Origin: Macrostomum lignano
Lineage: Eukaryota
Assembly: GCA_002269645.1 (NCBI GenBank)
Contig: NIVC01000379.1
Location: 1 to 35,675 of the forward strand
Length of the DNA stretch: 35,675 nucleotides
Direction: 5' to 3'
Each line of letters opens with the position of its first letter. Within the stretch, counting starts at the first letter, position 1. A program made the position numbers and the translations under genes. The notes beneath the pieces were generated by a model that was not told where the DNA came from, did no database searches, and was given only the letters and a program-made list of their open reading frames with translations. Below are positions 20,401 through 32,400 of the stretch, piece after piece.

Positions 20401-23400
20401 TAGCGCCTCCCCTCTGTAGCTAGCGCCCCCTCTGTAGCTGGCGCCTCCCCTCTGTAGCTGGCGCCCCCTCTGTAGCTGGCGCCCCCTCTGCAGCTGGCGC
20501 CTTTCTGTAGCTAGCGCCTCCCCTCTGCAGCTAGCGCCTCCCATCTGTAGCTGGCGCCTCCCCTCTGTAGCTAGCGCCTCCCCTCTGTAGCTGGCGCCCC
20601 CTCTGTAGCTGGCGCCCCCTCTGCAGCTGGCGTCCCTCTGCAGATGTAGTTTCAGCAAAGAAACTGAAGCTATTTAATTTTTTTCACACCGGGGAAGGAG
20701 CCGAAGTTTTTAAGAATTTCGCATAAAAAAGATCAAAATCCCGCCCAGGAAATTTTGCGTGCATTTGTTAATTTTGCCTGCCTAATTGATGTTTTCGAAG
20801 CAATGACTGAACGACGTTACCGGGAAATATTCAAAGTTTTTGTTTTCTGCATCCCTCGTTTTGGTTCTTGATTGAAACCGAAGTTGAAAAAAATTGTTTT
20901 AAAAAATTAGACAGCCGTTTTAGGCTTTTTTGCTACGACTAGCTGAATGAATTGGAGGACAAATCCCTATTCAGTCAGGGAAAGGGATTACAGCCTGTGA
21001 GCCATTGATTTGCTATAGAGCGCCCACCCCATTTTTCCGGCTCCGTACGTCAGCCGGCTTTCTCTCTCTAACTCTCGCCCCCTTATCTGTACTCGTAGTA
21101 AGCAAAGTGTACATTTACGACCACTACCCCACGCAATGCAGTAGCCGACTAAATATTAAATAAATAACATCGTCTCGCCCACTGTGGCTTTCGTACTTCT
21201 TCGTGCAACTGCCAAATCATGCATTAAACTCTTACATGGCGTCGCAAGCCATAGCACTATCGCTACCTGGCACCTTCGATGCAGAAGGTGAGCCGCATAC
21301 CATCGCACAAAAGTGGAAAAATTGGACTCGGCGCTTTGAGAGCTACCTTGTCGCGGCCGGCATCAAAGATGAAAATCAAGCTCAAGAAATCCTACTCTAC
21401 TCAGCCGGCGAATTCATCCACTCGCTCGTCGAAGACAACAGCATTGCACGAGGCGAATCAGCCAAGAAACTAGCAGAAAACATTCAAAGCCACCTGGACA
21501 AGAAAAACAACATCGTCTTCCTACGATAAATGTTTGAGACCTGCCGACAGCTAGAGGGCGAAGGAATCGATGCCTGGTATGTCCGACTGAAGAAACTGGC
21601 GGAGCCATGCAAGTTCGGCGACTTAAGCAACTCGCTAATCCGGGACAAGATTGTGGCGTACTGCCGGTCTGAGAAAATGCGGCGCGATCTGCTCCAGTCA
21701 GGCGACATCAGCCTGGCTGACACGCTGACCAAGATCCGCGCCAGAGAAACAGCGGAGCGACAGGCGCAAGCAATGGAGCTCGGCAGCCGACCGGTGCCGG
21801 AGGACGTGGCAGCAGTGAGCAGCAGCGGCCGCGGCTCGAGAGCGGCAGACGGAAAGTCGCAGGTCACCTGCAACCGGTGCGGCAGACAAGGGCATGCTGA
21901 ATGCGACACCGCCCGGGGCAAGTCCTGCAGGAAATGCGGCAAAATCGGACAGTTCGCCCGTGCGTGCAGGTCCAGTAAGGCCGGCCAGCTCAACGCCTTC
22001 CCGAGCGAGCAGGAGAACGTGACCTACCTGCTGGACAAAGACTCCGCTCCAGTCCAGGAGGGAATCTTCCACGTGGCCAGTGACCCGGCGTCAGCGAGAG
22101 TGACCGCTCAAATCGGCGGCACCTCCATGGACATCCTTATCGACAGCGGGGCCGGTTGCAACATCATGGACGTCAGCAGTTTCAATGGCCTGCCACACCG
22201 ACCCCCACTGCAGCCAGCCAGCAGCCAGCTGTTTGCCTACGGAAGCTCGCACCCACTGAAGCTGGTCGGCAAGGTGACTCTGCCTGTAAATGTTTTTGGT
22301 GTCTCCAGAGACGCGCCCTTTTTTATATTCGACGGCAGGGGCGCGACGGTCCTCGGCAGAAAATCTGCAATCGAAATGGAGATCCTCCGTATCGGCCCGC
22401 CCAGCAGTCAGCCGACACCCGAGGTTCTCGCCGTCCACCGATCAGAGGGCCTCATCGACCAACTGCTCAAAGGAAATCGACTAGCGGACGAAGACCTCCC
22501 TAAGCAACTGCAGCTGAGACACATCCTCACCAAGCACGCTCAGGTGTTCAGCGGCATCGGATGCGTCAAGAACTACACGGCAACGATCCACCTGACGGAG
22601 GACGCCAGGCCGGTCTGCCACGCGCCCTCAAGGGTTCCTGTCCACCTGGCCGCAGCGGTCGACAAGGAGCTCAAGCTGCTCGAGGACCTAGACATCATCG
22701 AGCCTGTCAACGGGCCGGCACCCTGGGTGGCTCGGATGGTCGTGGTGCCAAAGGCGCAGACCGGCGAAGTTCGAATCACCCAGGACCTCCGAGATGTCAA
22801 CAGGTTTGTCATCAGGGAGCGACATCAAATCCCAACTTTCGAGGAGGTGACTGGGTGCATGGCAGGCGCCAAAGTCTTCTCGGAGCTGGATGTTGCCAAG
22901 GCTTTCTACCAGATCCTTGTGGCGGAAAGCTGCAGGAACCTGCTGACCTTCTCGACACCACGGGGGCTGCGACGGCTCAAGCGGTTGTGCATGGGCCTCT
23001 CCACGGCTCAGGAAATCTTCCAAGTCGTCATGTCAGGCATCCTGGCTGGACTCGACAAGGTCAAGTGGATTCATGACGACATCGTTGTTTTCGGGAACTC
23101 CTTGGAGGAGCACAACAGGAATCTGGCAGCATGCCTCGCCCGCCTCCAGCAGCACGGCGTCACGCTCAATCCCGGAAAGTGCAAGCTGGCCAGAGACAAG
23201 ATCACATTCATGGGCATGCAGCTCTCAGCCAGTGGAGTGCAGCCCACCGAAGACAAGATCGAGACAGTCAAGGCATTCAAGGCTCCAGAGACCACCAGCC
23301 AGGTGAGGTCATTTCTAGGCCTTGTCAACTACCTGGCTGTGTTCACATCGCAGCTGTCAAAAATCGCTGAGCCACTGCGGCGCCTGACGAAGAAAGGCGC

Positions 23401-26400
23401 GGTCTGGAGATGGAGCGAAGCTGAAGACGCCGCTTTCAAGCAGCTGAAACAGCAGATCACGGAAGCCGGCGCCCTTAGCTTCTTCGACCAGAGACTGCGA
23501 ACCGAGCTCATAGTCGACGCCGGTCCGAGAGGACTCGGAGCCATCTTGGCGCAGCGGCGAGAAGATGGCACTTCAAGACCAGTGGCCTATGCCAGCCGGT
23601 CGCTCTCCGATGTAGAGTCCAGATACTCACAGATTGAAAAGGAGGCGCTGGCAGTGAAATTCGGATGTCTCCGATTCCAATACTACCTGCACGACGCACC
23701 TCGATTCGATGTGATCACGGACCACAAACCGTTGGTCAACATGCTGGCGCCAGGGTCGAGGCCGCCTCCTAGAGTCGAGCGAATGGCTCTGCAGATTCAG
23801 CACATGAACTTCAAGGTGGTGTATCGCCCAGGGCCCAAGAATGCGGCAGACATCCTCAGCCGACAACCGCTAGCGACATCCGGGCACAACAAAGATGCAC
23901 AGCAGAACTCCGCCAGCATCGGCGCGGTACTGCAGGCCGCGGTGCCGAGAGCGCTCACGGTAGAGGACATCAGGCGGCACTCGCAGGCTGACCCGCTGAT
24001 CAAAGCCGCAATCGCCGCCATCCAGGGAGCCAGGTGGGACCTCGGCCACCCGGAGCTGAGGTCACTGTATGCACTACGAGACGAGCTTGCTGAGGAGGAC
24101 GGAGTGCTGCTTCGGCGGGACAGGATTGTGGTGCCAAGCAGCCTCCGGGAGACAATGTTGCGCCTCGCACATGCCGGACACCTGGGACTGCGGAAGACAC
24201 TGGCCAGGCTGAGCAGCAAAGTCTGGTGGCCAAAGATGAGCGCAGATGCGGACAAGGCCGTCAGCAGTTGCCGCAGCTGCATCATGACATCACATAAGCC
24301 GACAGTCAGTGCGACGCCACTGCAGTCGTCCAGCATCCCCAAGGGCGCCTGGCTGTCGATTGGCGCCGACTTCCTCGGTCCGGTGCAGAACAAGATGCTG
24401 CTCGTCTGCGTGGATCACTACTCCCGGTATCCCGAGGTGCAGGTCATGCAGTCTACTACAGCGGAGGCAGTCATCCCGAAGCTGCGGGAATCATTCTGCA
24501 GGTTCGGCATCCCAGAGGAGCTCGTTACGGACAATGGGCCTCCATTCTCGTCGGCGCAGTTCAAGGACTTCCTCAGGAGCTTCGGAATTCGACACCGGGC
24601 CATCACTCCGCTCTACCCTGCGGCCAACGGCATGACCGAGCGCCTGAACAGATCGATCAACAAGGTCGTCCGCGCTGCAATCGCGGAGAGCAGGGACTGG
24701 CGCGAGGCTCTGGACGAGTGGATTCTGGCGTACCGGACGGCGCCGCACGCCACAACCGGACGCGCACCCGCGGAGCTGCTGATGGGCCGCGCTTTGGGCA
24801 ACGGCGTCCCCGGCCGGCGGCCTCCAGCGCGGGTGCGCATCAACGACAAGGAGCTGCGGGAGCACGACCGCAAGCAGAAGCTGACGATGAAGCGGCACGC
24901 CGACGCTGCTCGAAGACCAAGAGAGCACAACTACGCGGTCGGCGACCAGGTGCTGCGGAAACGCGTCAACCCGCTGAAGGGCCAAACCCCATTTGAGAGC
25001 GAGCCCTGGACTGTGACCAAAGTGCAAGGCAACTCGCTGCAGCTACGGCGCGGTCAGGCCACTTGTCGGCGACACTGCACGGCCCTGAAGGCGCTGCCAC
25101 CGGAGCCCGACCTGGTGGAGCCGCAGGCGGCGGCACCCGACGCTGCCGGCCCCGCCGACGTCGAGCAGAACGTGCCGATCGCCCACACTCCGCATCCGAG
25201 AGCGGCGAAGGAGGGATTCAAAGTCTACACTTGATTGAGGGGGGGGGTGATTTGATAGTCTTGAAATCCGTCGCAACTGTTTAAAAATGTTTGAAACTGT
25301 TAAATGTCTTTTGTAACCTTTTGCGTTTTTTTCGTTTCTCGAAATGCTTTTATTCCGGCTGCGTCCGTTGTTTTTTTTTATTCAATGGTCAGCGGCAACC
25401 AATATTTTATTTCCCCTGCAATCGGTATGTCGTTCGAGTCTCCCCGCGCTTCGAATGCAAGCATCGAGTTTTCAAAAGTGATTTTCTTTTCTGCGTTGAG
25501 GAGAGATGTGAGCCATTGATTTGCTATAGAGCGCCCACCCCATTTTCCGGCTCCGTACGTCAGCCGGCTTTCTCTCTCTAACTCTCGCCCCCTTATCTGT
25601 ACTCGTAGTAAGCAAAGTGTACATTTACGACCACCACCCCACGCAATGCAGTAGCCGACTAAATATTAAATAAATAACATCGTCTCGCCCACTGTGGCTT
25701 TCGTACTTCTTCGTGCAACTGCCAAATCATGCATTAAACTCTAACACAGCCCATAACTCTAGCAGTAGGCACAGCAGTCTCTTACTAAACAGGCGGTTGA
25801 TCCACGTAGCCTTAGCCTCGGTAGCGTTCAGGCACCAGTAGGGCTTGAAAAAATCTTCCCATGTTGTGGCAGCCAGCGCGCTCAAGGATGACGATACCGA
25901 ACTGCAACACAATGGCATCAGCAGCATTCAATGCCTAATGTATAATGGGTGAAACTGAAAGGGAGAAAAAGCATTTAGTTTCAAGAGCTGCTCACACAAG
26001 AACCCTTCCTTACCTCAGGGCTCCGGCGAATAGCGAAGCGATGAATAGGCCAGGAACCACTGGTATGCTGAGGTTTTCCATCACATAGAATGGAACGATC
26101 TGTACTGAAAAAACACACGCGATCATGTTAATATGCTAAATACATATGCTCGTATATATTATGAAGTTTATTGTTGCTTTTGTATTAAAGACAGGGCTGT
26201 GTGCACCCTGGCGCACTTTAAGCGACATTGTCACACAACCGGCGAGAGGCATTACTGCCCATTCCGCCGACTCCCCTGAGCAGGCACACAAGCGCGCGGA
26301 TCCGTACGCAGTCATACGCATACACACACTCACACACTCACATAAAAAAGGCTACGGCCCCCCGCACATGTACCATGCCTAATAATCATAAAAAAGGCTA

Positions 26401-29400
26401 CGCCCCCGCACATGTACCATGCCTAAAAATCATAAAAAAGGCTACGGCCCCCCCGCACATGTACCATGCCTAAAAATCATAAAAAAGGCTACGCCCCCCG
26501 CACATGTACCATGCCTAAAAATCATAAAAAAGGCTAAGGCCCCCCCCCGCACATGTACCATGCCTAAAAATCATAAAAAAGGCTACGGCCCCCCGCACAT
26601 GTACCATGCCTAAAAATCATAAAAAAGGCTACGGCCCCCCGCACATGTACCATGCCTAAAAATCATAAAAAAGGCTACGGCCCCCCGCACATGTACCATG
26701 CCTAAAAATCATAAAAAAGGCTACGGCCCCCCCGCACATGTACCATGCCTAAAAATCATAAAAAAGGCTACAGCCCCCCCGCACATGTACGATGCCTAAA
26801 AATCATAAAAAATGGGACAACTCGACTCATTTCAAGATTCGGGGCCAAAGCTCACATGTGAATTTCTGTTTAGATTTAACCAGTAGATGAATAAACTTAG
26901 AGCCCTGAGTCGATCTTGTGACAATGGTCCGTCTAGTGGTAATGAAAGTAAGAAAGTGGCCACTAGGGTTGGTCCAAAAATCAAAAATTTCTCTAGTTTC
27001 ATACTGCTACATCTTCATTTCTATTTCTATGTTGTATGCTTTTTCATCCCATATTTCTGTTGCCACCCAAAGCAGTTGAAGGTTTCAAACAACTGTAAAC
27101 TTTGCTGAACTTTGCAGCATGCACTTCAGGTGCTGATTTTTCGTTTTCAGTCTTTACAGCACCAAATTCTGCCCAACGACAAATGGAGCAAGTAATCCTG
27201 TACAGTACGTGTGTTCTGTTCGATGCTGTTGTTGGTTCACTATAGTTGATCTGTATCTGTAAATTGCTCGACTTGCCCCCTGTGAACACTAAAGCCATGC
27301 AGTTATTTTCATAGTAAAAAAGCTAGCATTGTTGGACCTGGTTCGAATCCTCGATCCAGCCAGCCGCGCTGGGGTCGCAGGCGACGTTAGCGTAATATGC
27401 GAAAATGATCAGACCCGCCAGGCACGAGGACACCACGAAGAATATGGCGCCGAGAGAGACCAGAACGACTGACCTGTGCACAGGGATTTTAAGTAAGTTT
27501 TGTTATATTTTGTACTTAAATCTAGTCTTTTTTTCTCCTATGCAAAAGCTTTACGTAAAGTTTACAAATTTAGCTCAAGGACCACTAGCAGTATAATCAA
27601 AGATGGTATAACTTTTTTGGGGCCAAAAAGATAAAGATGATGCGAGAGCACAGATTATTTTTTTCCTATTTCTGCAGTGTATTCTTTGACGTAAATTGGC
27701 CTTTAAAAAGTACACGATCTGTGAGTGTAGCGTCCTGGTATACTGCTAGTGGTCTATGATTAGCTGAAATTGATGTACAGCGGCCCGGACTTTCTAATCG
27801 TCAGGTTGTACACTTCACTGTGCCCTGGGGGTGGCTCTCAGAGCTGTGCATCGCACGACAACCAGGGCTAGGGCTAGGTGTCATAGCGCGACAGTCAGAG
27901 ACGCTGGGCTGCTGTGCCCTTCCCGCTACGCCTAGCCCATGTCTATGGCTCAAATCACAACACAATGAAGAAGTCATAAAATGGCCACATTTACAATTGA
28001 GCCTGTCGCATAGTTTTCACTGAGCAGTACCGCTGCACGGAGGCTTGAGACACGCCGTATGTGCTGGAGTAGACGATGCCGTTGCCAACCACCAGACCCC
28101 AGACTGTGTGACGAACTCGGGATCTAAGCTGAAGCTAAAAAATAATGAACAGAATGCGCATACGCTATAGAACAAGCGGCCCGCAAAGCCTCTCTATCCG
28201 GCCCTCGAGTCCTTTGAAACTTCACAATAGCAATGCGGCCTGCTCAGGGTTTGAGTCTCTTCTCAGCTATTCCCTCTCCTCTGCTCTCCTCTCCTCTCCT
28301 CTCCTCTCCTCTCCTCTCCTCATCTCTCCTCTCCTCTCCTCTCCTCTGCTCTCCTCTCCTCTCCTCTCCTCTCCTCTCCTCTCCTCTCCTCTCCTCTCCT
28401 CTCCTCTCCTCTCTCTCCTCTCCTCTCTCCTCTCCTCATCTCTCCTCTCCTCTCCTCTCCTCTCCTCTCCTCTCCTCATCTCTCCTCTCCTCTCCTCTCC
28501 TCTCTCTCTCTCCTCTCCTCTCCTCTCCTCTCTCTCCTCTCCTCTCCTCTCTCTCCTCTCCTCTCCTCTCCTCTCCTCTCCTCTCCTCTCCTCTCCTCTC
28601 CTCTCCTCTCTCTCCTCTCCTCTCCTCTCTCCTCTCCTCTCCTCTCCTCTCCTCTCCTCTCTCTCTCTCCTCTCCTCTCCTCTCCTCTCCTCTCTCTCCT
28701 CTCCTCTCCTCTCCTCTCCTCTCCTCTCCTCTCCTCTCCTCTCCTCTCCTCTCCTCTCCTCTCCTCTCCTCTCCTCTCCTCTCCTCTCCTCTCTCTCCTC
28801 TCCTCTCCTCTCCTCTCCTCTCCTCTCCTCTCCTCTCCTCTCCTCTCCTCTCCTCTCCTCTCCTCTCCTCTCCTCTCCTCTCCTCTCCTCTCCTCTCCTC
28901 TCCTCTCCTCTCTCTCCTCTCCTCTCCTCTCCTCTCCTCTCCTCTCCTCTCCTCTCCTCTCCTCTCCTCTCCTCTCCTCTCCTCTCCTCTCCTCTCTCTC
29001 CTCTCCTCTCCTCTCCTCTCCTCTCCTCTCCTCTCCTCTCTCTCTCCTCTCCTCTCCTCTCCTCTCCTCTCCTCTCCTCTCCCCTCTCCTCTCCCCTCTA
29101 TCTCCTAAAAAGTCTTTTTCAGATTTCATCCATACTTCTCCTGTCACATTCCTACAATTGCCTGTATTGCCTTAGTAACCCTCGGCCTCAGGGGGACATG
29201 TCCCCCACTTCTCTGTGGGGTGGACATACCTATGCTTTGCCCACCTACTCGTACCCACCTTGTTACCCTGCCAGCGGCACCAAATGAGTGCCTGCTGCCG
29301 TGCCAAAAACGACACCCCTTTTAGCGGCAGTAGTCAGCGCAACTGAAGTTTAAAAGGGACATTATTGAAACTCACTTGTCGAACTCGATGCGACCATATT

Positions 29401-32400
29401 TGTACGATATCTGCCACACATTTCCAATGCCACCCAGGTCAATGAGTCCCTGCAACAGAAATTATAATTGTAAACTATGTAATAATACAAGATCAAGTTC
29501 AAGCATTTTGTTTGACTTTCGGGTAAGTAAACTTTTAACTTACCCGAATAATGATAGCCAAAATTCCTGCCGTCATCACAACCGATTGAAAAACATCAGT
29601 CCAGATCACAGCCTTGAGTCCGCCCTGATTGAAACGACACAAAGTGAACATTAGAACTTTTTGGAATAGCGGATTTACTAATAGTGATAATGTGCAACAC
29701 ATATTTACACTCTCTGCGGTGGGGGGAGAGGTTGCCCCTCATGGCTGTGAATCGCATGACAACAAAGAGTCTATTAAATCTTCTTTAAATCTTATTCGTC
29801 TGCGTCAGCTATTCATAAAAAATGTAGAATTACTTGTGTAGTCACTAACCCAGGCTGTGTAGAAAGTGCAGATCACACCGCTCACGGCGATTGACGCTTC
29901 AACAGGGATGGCACCGTTGGAAACTAAAAGTGTTTAACGGATTGCAAAATTATGAATGTCAATATCCATATGTCAATTAAGGTAACAAAAGTATAAGGCT
30001 ACTACACATAGAAGACAGGGGAATGGCCGCCAACGAAGAGACAGGGGCGCCAAACGAGAGACAGGGGCGCCAACCGAAAGACAGGGCGCCAACCGAGAGA
30101 CTGGGGCGCCAACCGAGAGACAGGGGCGCCAACCGAGAGACAGGGGCGCCAACCGAGAGACAGGGGCGCCAACCAAGAGACAGGAGCGCCAACCGAGAGA
30201 CAGGGGCGCCAACCGAGAGACAGGGGCGCCAACCGAGAGACAGGGGCGCCAACCGAGAGACAGGGGCGCCAACCGAGAGACAGGGGCGCCAACCGAGAGA
30301 CAAGGGCGCCAACCGAGAGACAGGGGCGCCAACCGAGAGACAGGGGCGCCCTCCAAGAGACAGGAGGTGGCCCTCCAAAAGACAGGGGCGCCCTCCAAGA
30401 CACAGGGGCGCCCAAGAGACAGGGGCGCCAACCGAAAGACAGGGGCGCCCTCCAAGAGACAGGGGGTGGTGGCCCTCCAAAAGACAGGGGCGCCCTCCAA
30501 GAGACAGGGGCGCCCCCCAAGAGACAGTGGCGCCCACCAAAGCACCAAATAGTGGCGCCCTTAATGATTGCTACCCCCTACAATAAATAAAAGTTCCTGT
30601 GTACACGCCAGTTAAAAAGTCGAAAGGGTGAGATATTAGGACTTCAGTTCTATTAAGCTGAGAAATTACCATCAATTCCTACGCTATCAAGCTAATGCAT
30701 TTTTTCAACGATAAACGACCTACAGCGAAATTTTGCCTAATTTGCAAGTGCAGCACCTGTATTGACTTAAACAGATGCCTGAATTTCACAATGCGACTTA
30801 CCATACTGCAAGGCAGTGGCTGGAGCGTACAATGCAAGTCCCATGTAGATCACCTGTAAGTTTTTGTCAAATCAGATAAATCTATATCAGGTAATAAAGT
30901 GTACGTTTAAGAACACAGGCACCTATAAGTTTTAGTAAAAGCCACTATATACTCACGTCACTAATTAGAAACAGGAAATTTCCCATCAGTCGAACAAGAC
31001 GAGACTTGAATCTCAGCTCGAGATACTGCAATGAAATTACGAGAATTCTTGATGAATTCTTGGCTAGAAAAACTCTTAACGACAGTCCGTGACGTCAGCT
31101 ACAGAAAACTCTTTACGACAGTCCCGTGACGTCAGCTACAGAAAACTCTTTACGACAGTCCCGTGACGTCAGCTACTGAAAACTCTTTACGACAGTCACG
31201 TGACGTCAGCTACTGAAAACTCTTTACGACAGTCCCGTGACGAAAGCTACAGAAAACTCTTTACGACAGTCCCGTGACGTCAGCTACAGAAAACTCTTTA
31301 CGACAGTCCCGTGACGACAGTTACTGAAAACTATTAACGACAGTCCGTGACGTCAGCTACAGAAAACTCTTTACGACAGTCCCGTGACGGCAGCTACAGA
31401 AAACTCTTTACGACAGTCCTGTGATGTTATAATTAAATATATTATAAGGTCTAACTTTTGTGAACTTTTTGCAGTCTTTAGCTCTGAAAGAGGAGATAAG
31501 AATAACAAAATAATAAACAGACTCAACTTCATGTGATCATAGAATAAGATTTATTCAAGTGGTTTAAAATTCAATTCATATTTCTCGAGTTTATAAGATT
31601 TTCTGCAGTTTGGGAAAACTGTCTGCGTTAGATCCTCTAGTTCCCATATATTTTTTTGATCTCTTTAATAAATGAATTTTTAGCCATAACTTCTTGTGGT
31701 TTCACCGCAATCGGCAAAGGCTACAGTTTCTCACCTCGAACAAGCTCGTCAGTCGCAGCTGATAAAACACCGGCACGAATATCAGAGCCGCCAGAACGCA
31801 GCCGATCTGCTCGCCAAATATTGACAGCACGTACATTGTGCCATTGAAGTAGATCTCGGCTGGACCCCCGAGGATTAGTATGGCCGAGTTGAACGACACC
31901 AACAGTGACAGGGCCACTGGGATCACCTGCTGCTTGCGGCCGCCCATTACGAATTCTTCTTTTTCGTCCGAGCCGGCGCTGCCATCGTCTGCGTTGCCTG
32001 TGTAAATATAAGTAGAAAGTAAGTAAGTAGTAAGTAAGTAAGTAGTAAGTAGTAGGGTTTACTGACATTTTGGCCGAAGATATTTTCCTGGAATTCTCGA
32101 GTAGGATGCTTTTACGAAAGAGAACTTAGGGTATCACTAGTTGGTACGGTAGTTGAGTTTGGTAGTTGCATGCTGCTACCAGTTTCCCTACTGTTCTTAT
32201 AATGACATTATGTAAGATTAAAGAATGAAAAATGATCCGAAATACTTAATTTTTGAAGAATGTTACATAATAAACAGACCCAGAGCCCAACTGCTCTATA
32301 CTTGTATAGCAACTTTCAAATTCCTTATGTATCCACTGCTAAAATTTCCCCACCCTTAACTACTACTAGTAGGGTAAAAGCTAAAAGTAGGGTAATCTAC

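Noticed and set aside
23060-23095. RT catalytic motif IHDD instead of YxDD
   Set aside because: Both aspartates are intact, and non-Tyr variants are common in Mag-type elements as I recall; not evidence of novelty or inactivity.
21484-25276. Many antisense and alternate-frame ORFs across gag-pol
   Set aside because: Expected shadows of GC-rich coding sequence; no recognisable motifs.
25235-25506. Possible env or extra ORF 3' of pol
   Set aside because: Only ~270 bp of T-rich sequence with no credible ORF.
27330-27340. Weak donor CAG|GTCCAA after SLC5 exon 9
   Set aside because: Still GT, in the correct phase, and at the conserved position after the CDP...NQ motif in both copies; not unusual enough without RNA data.
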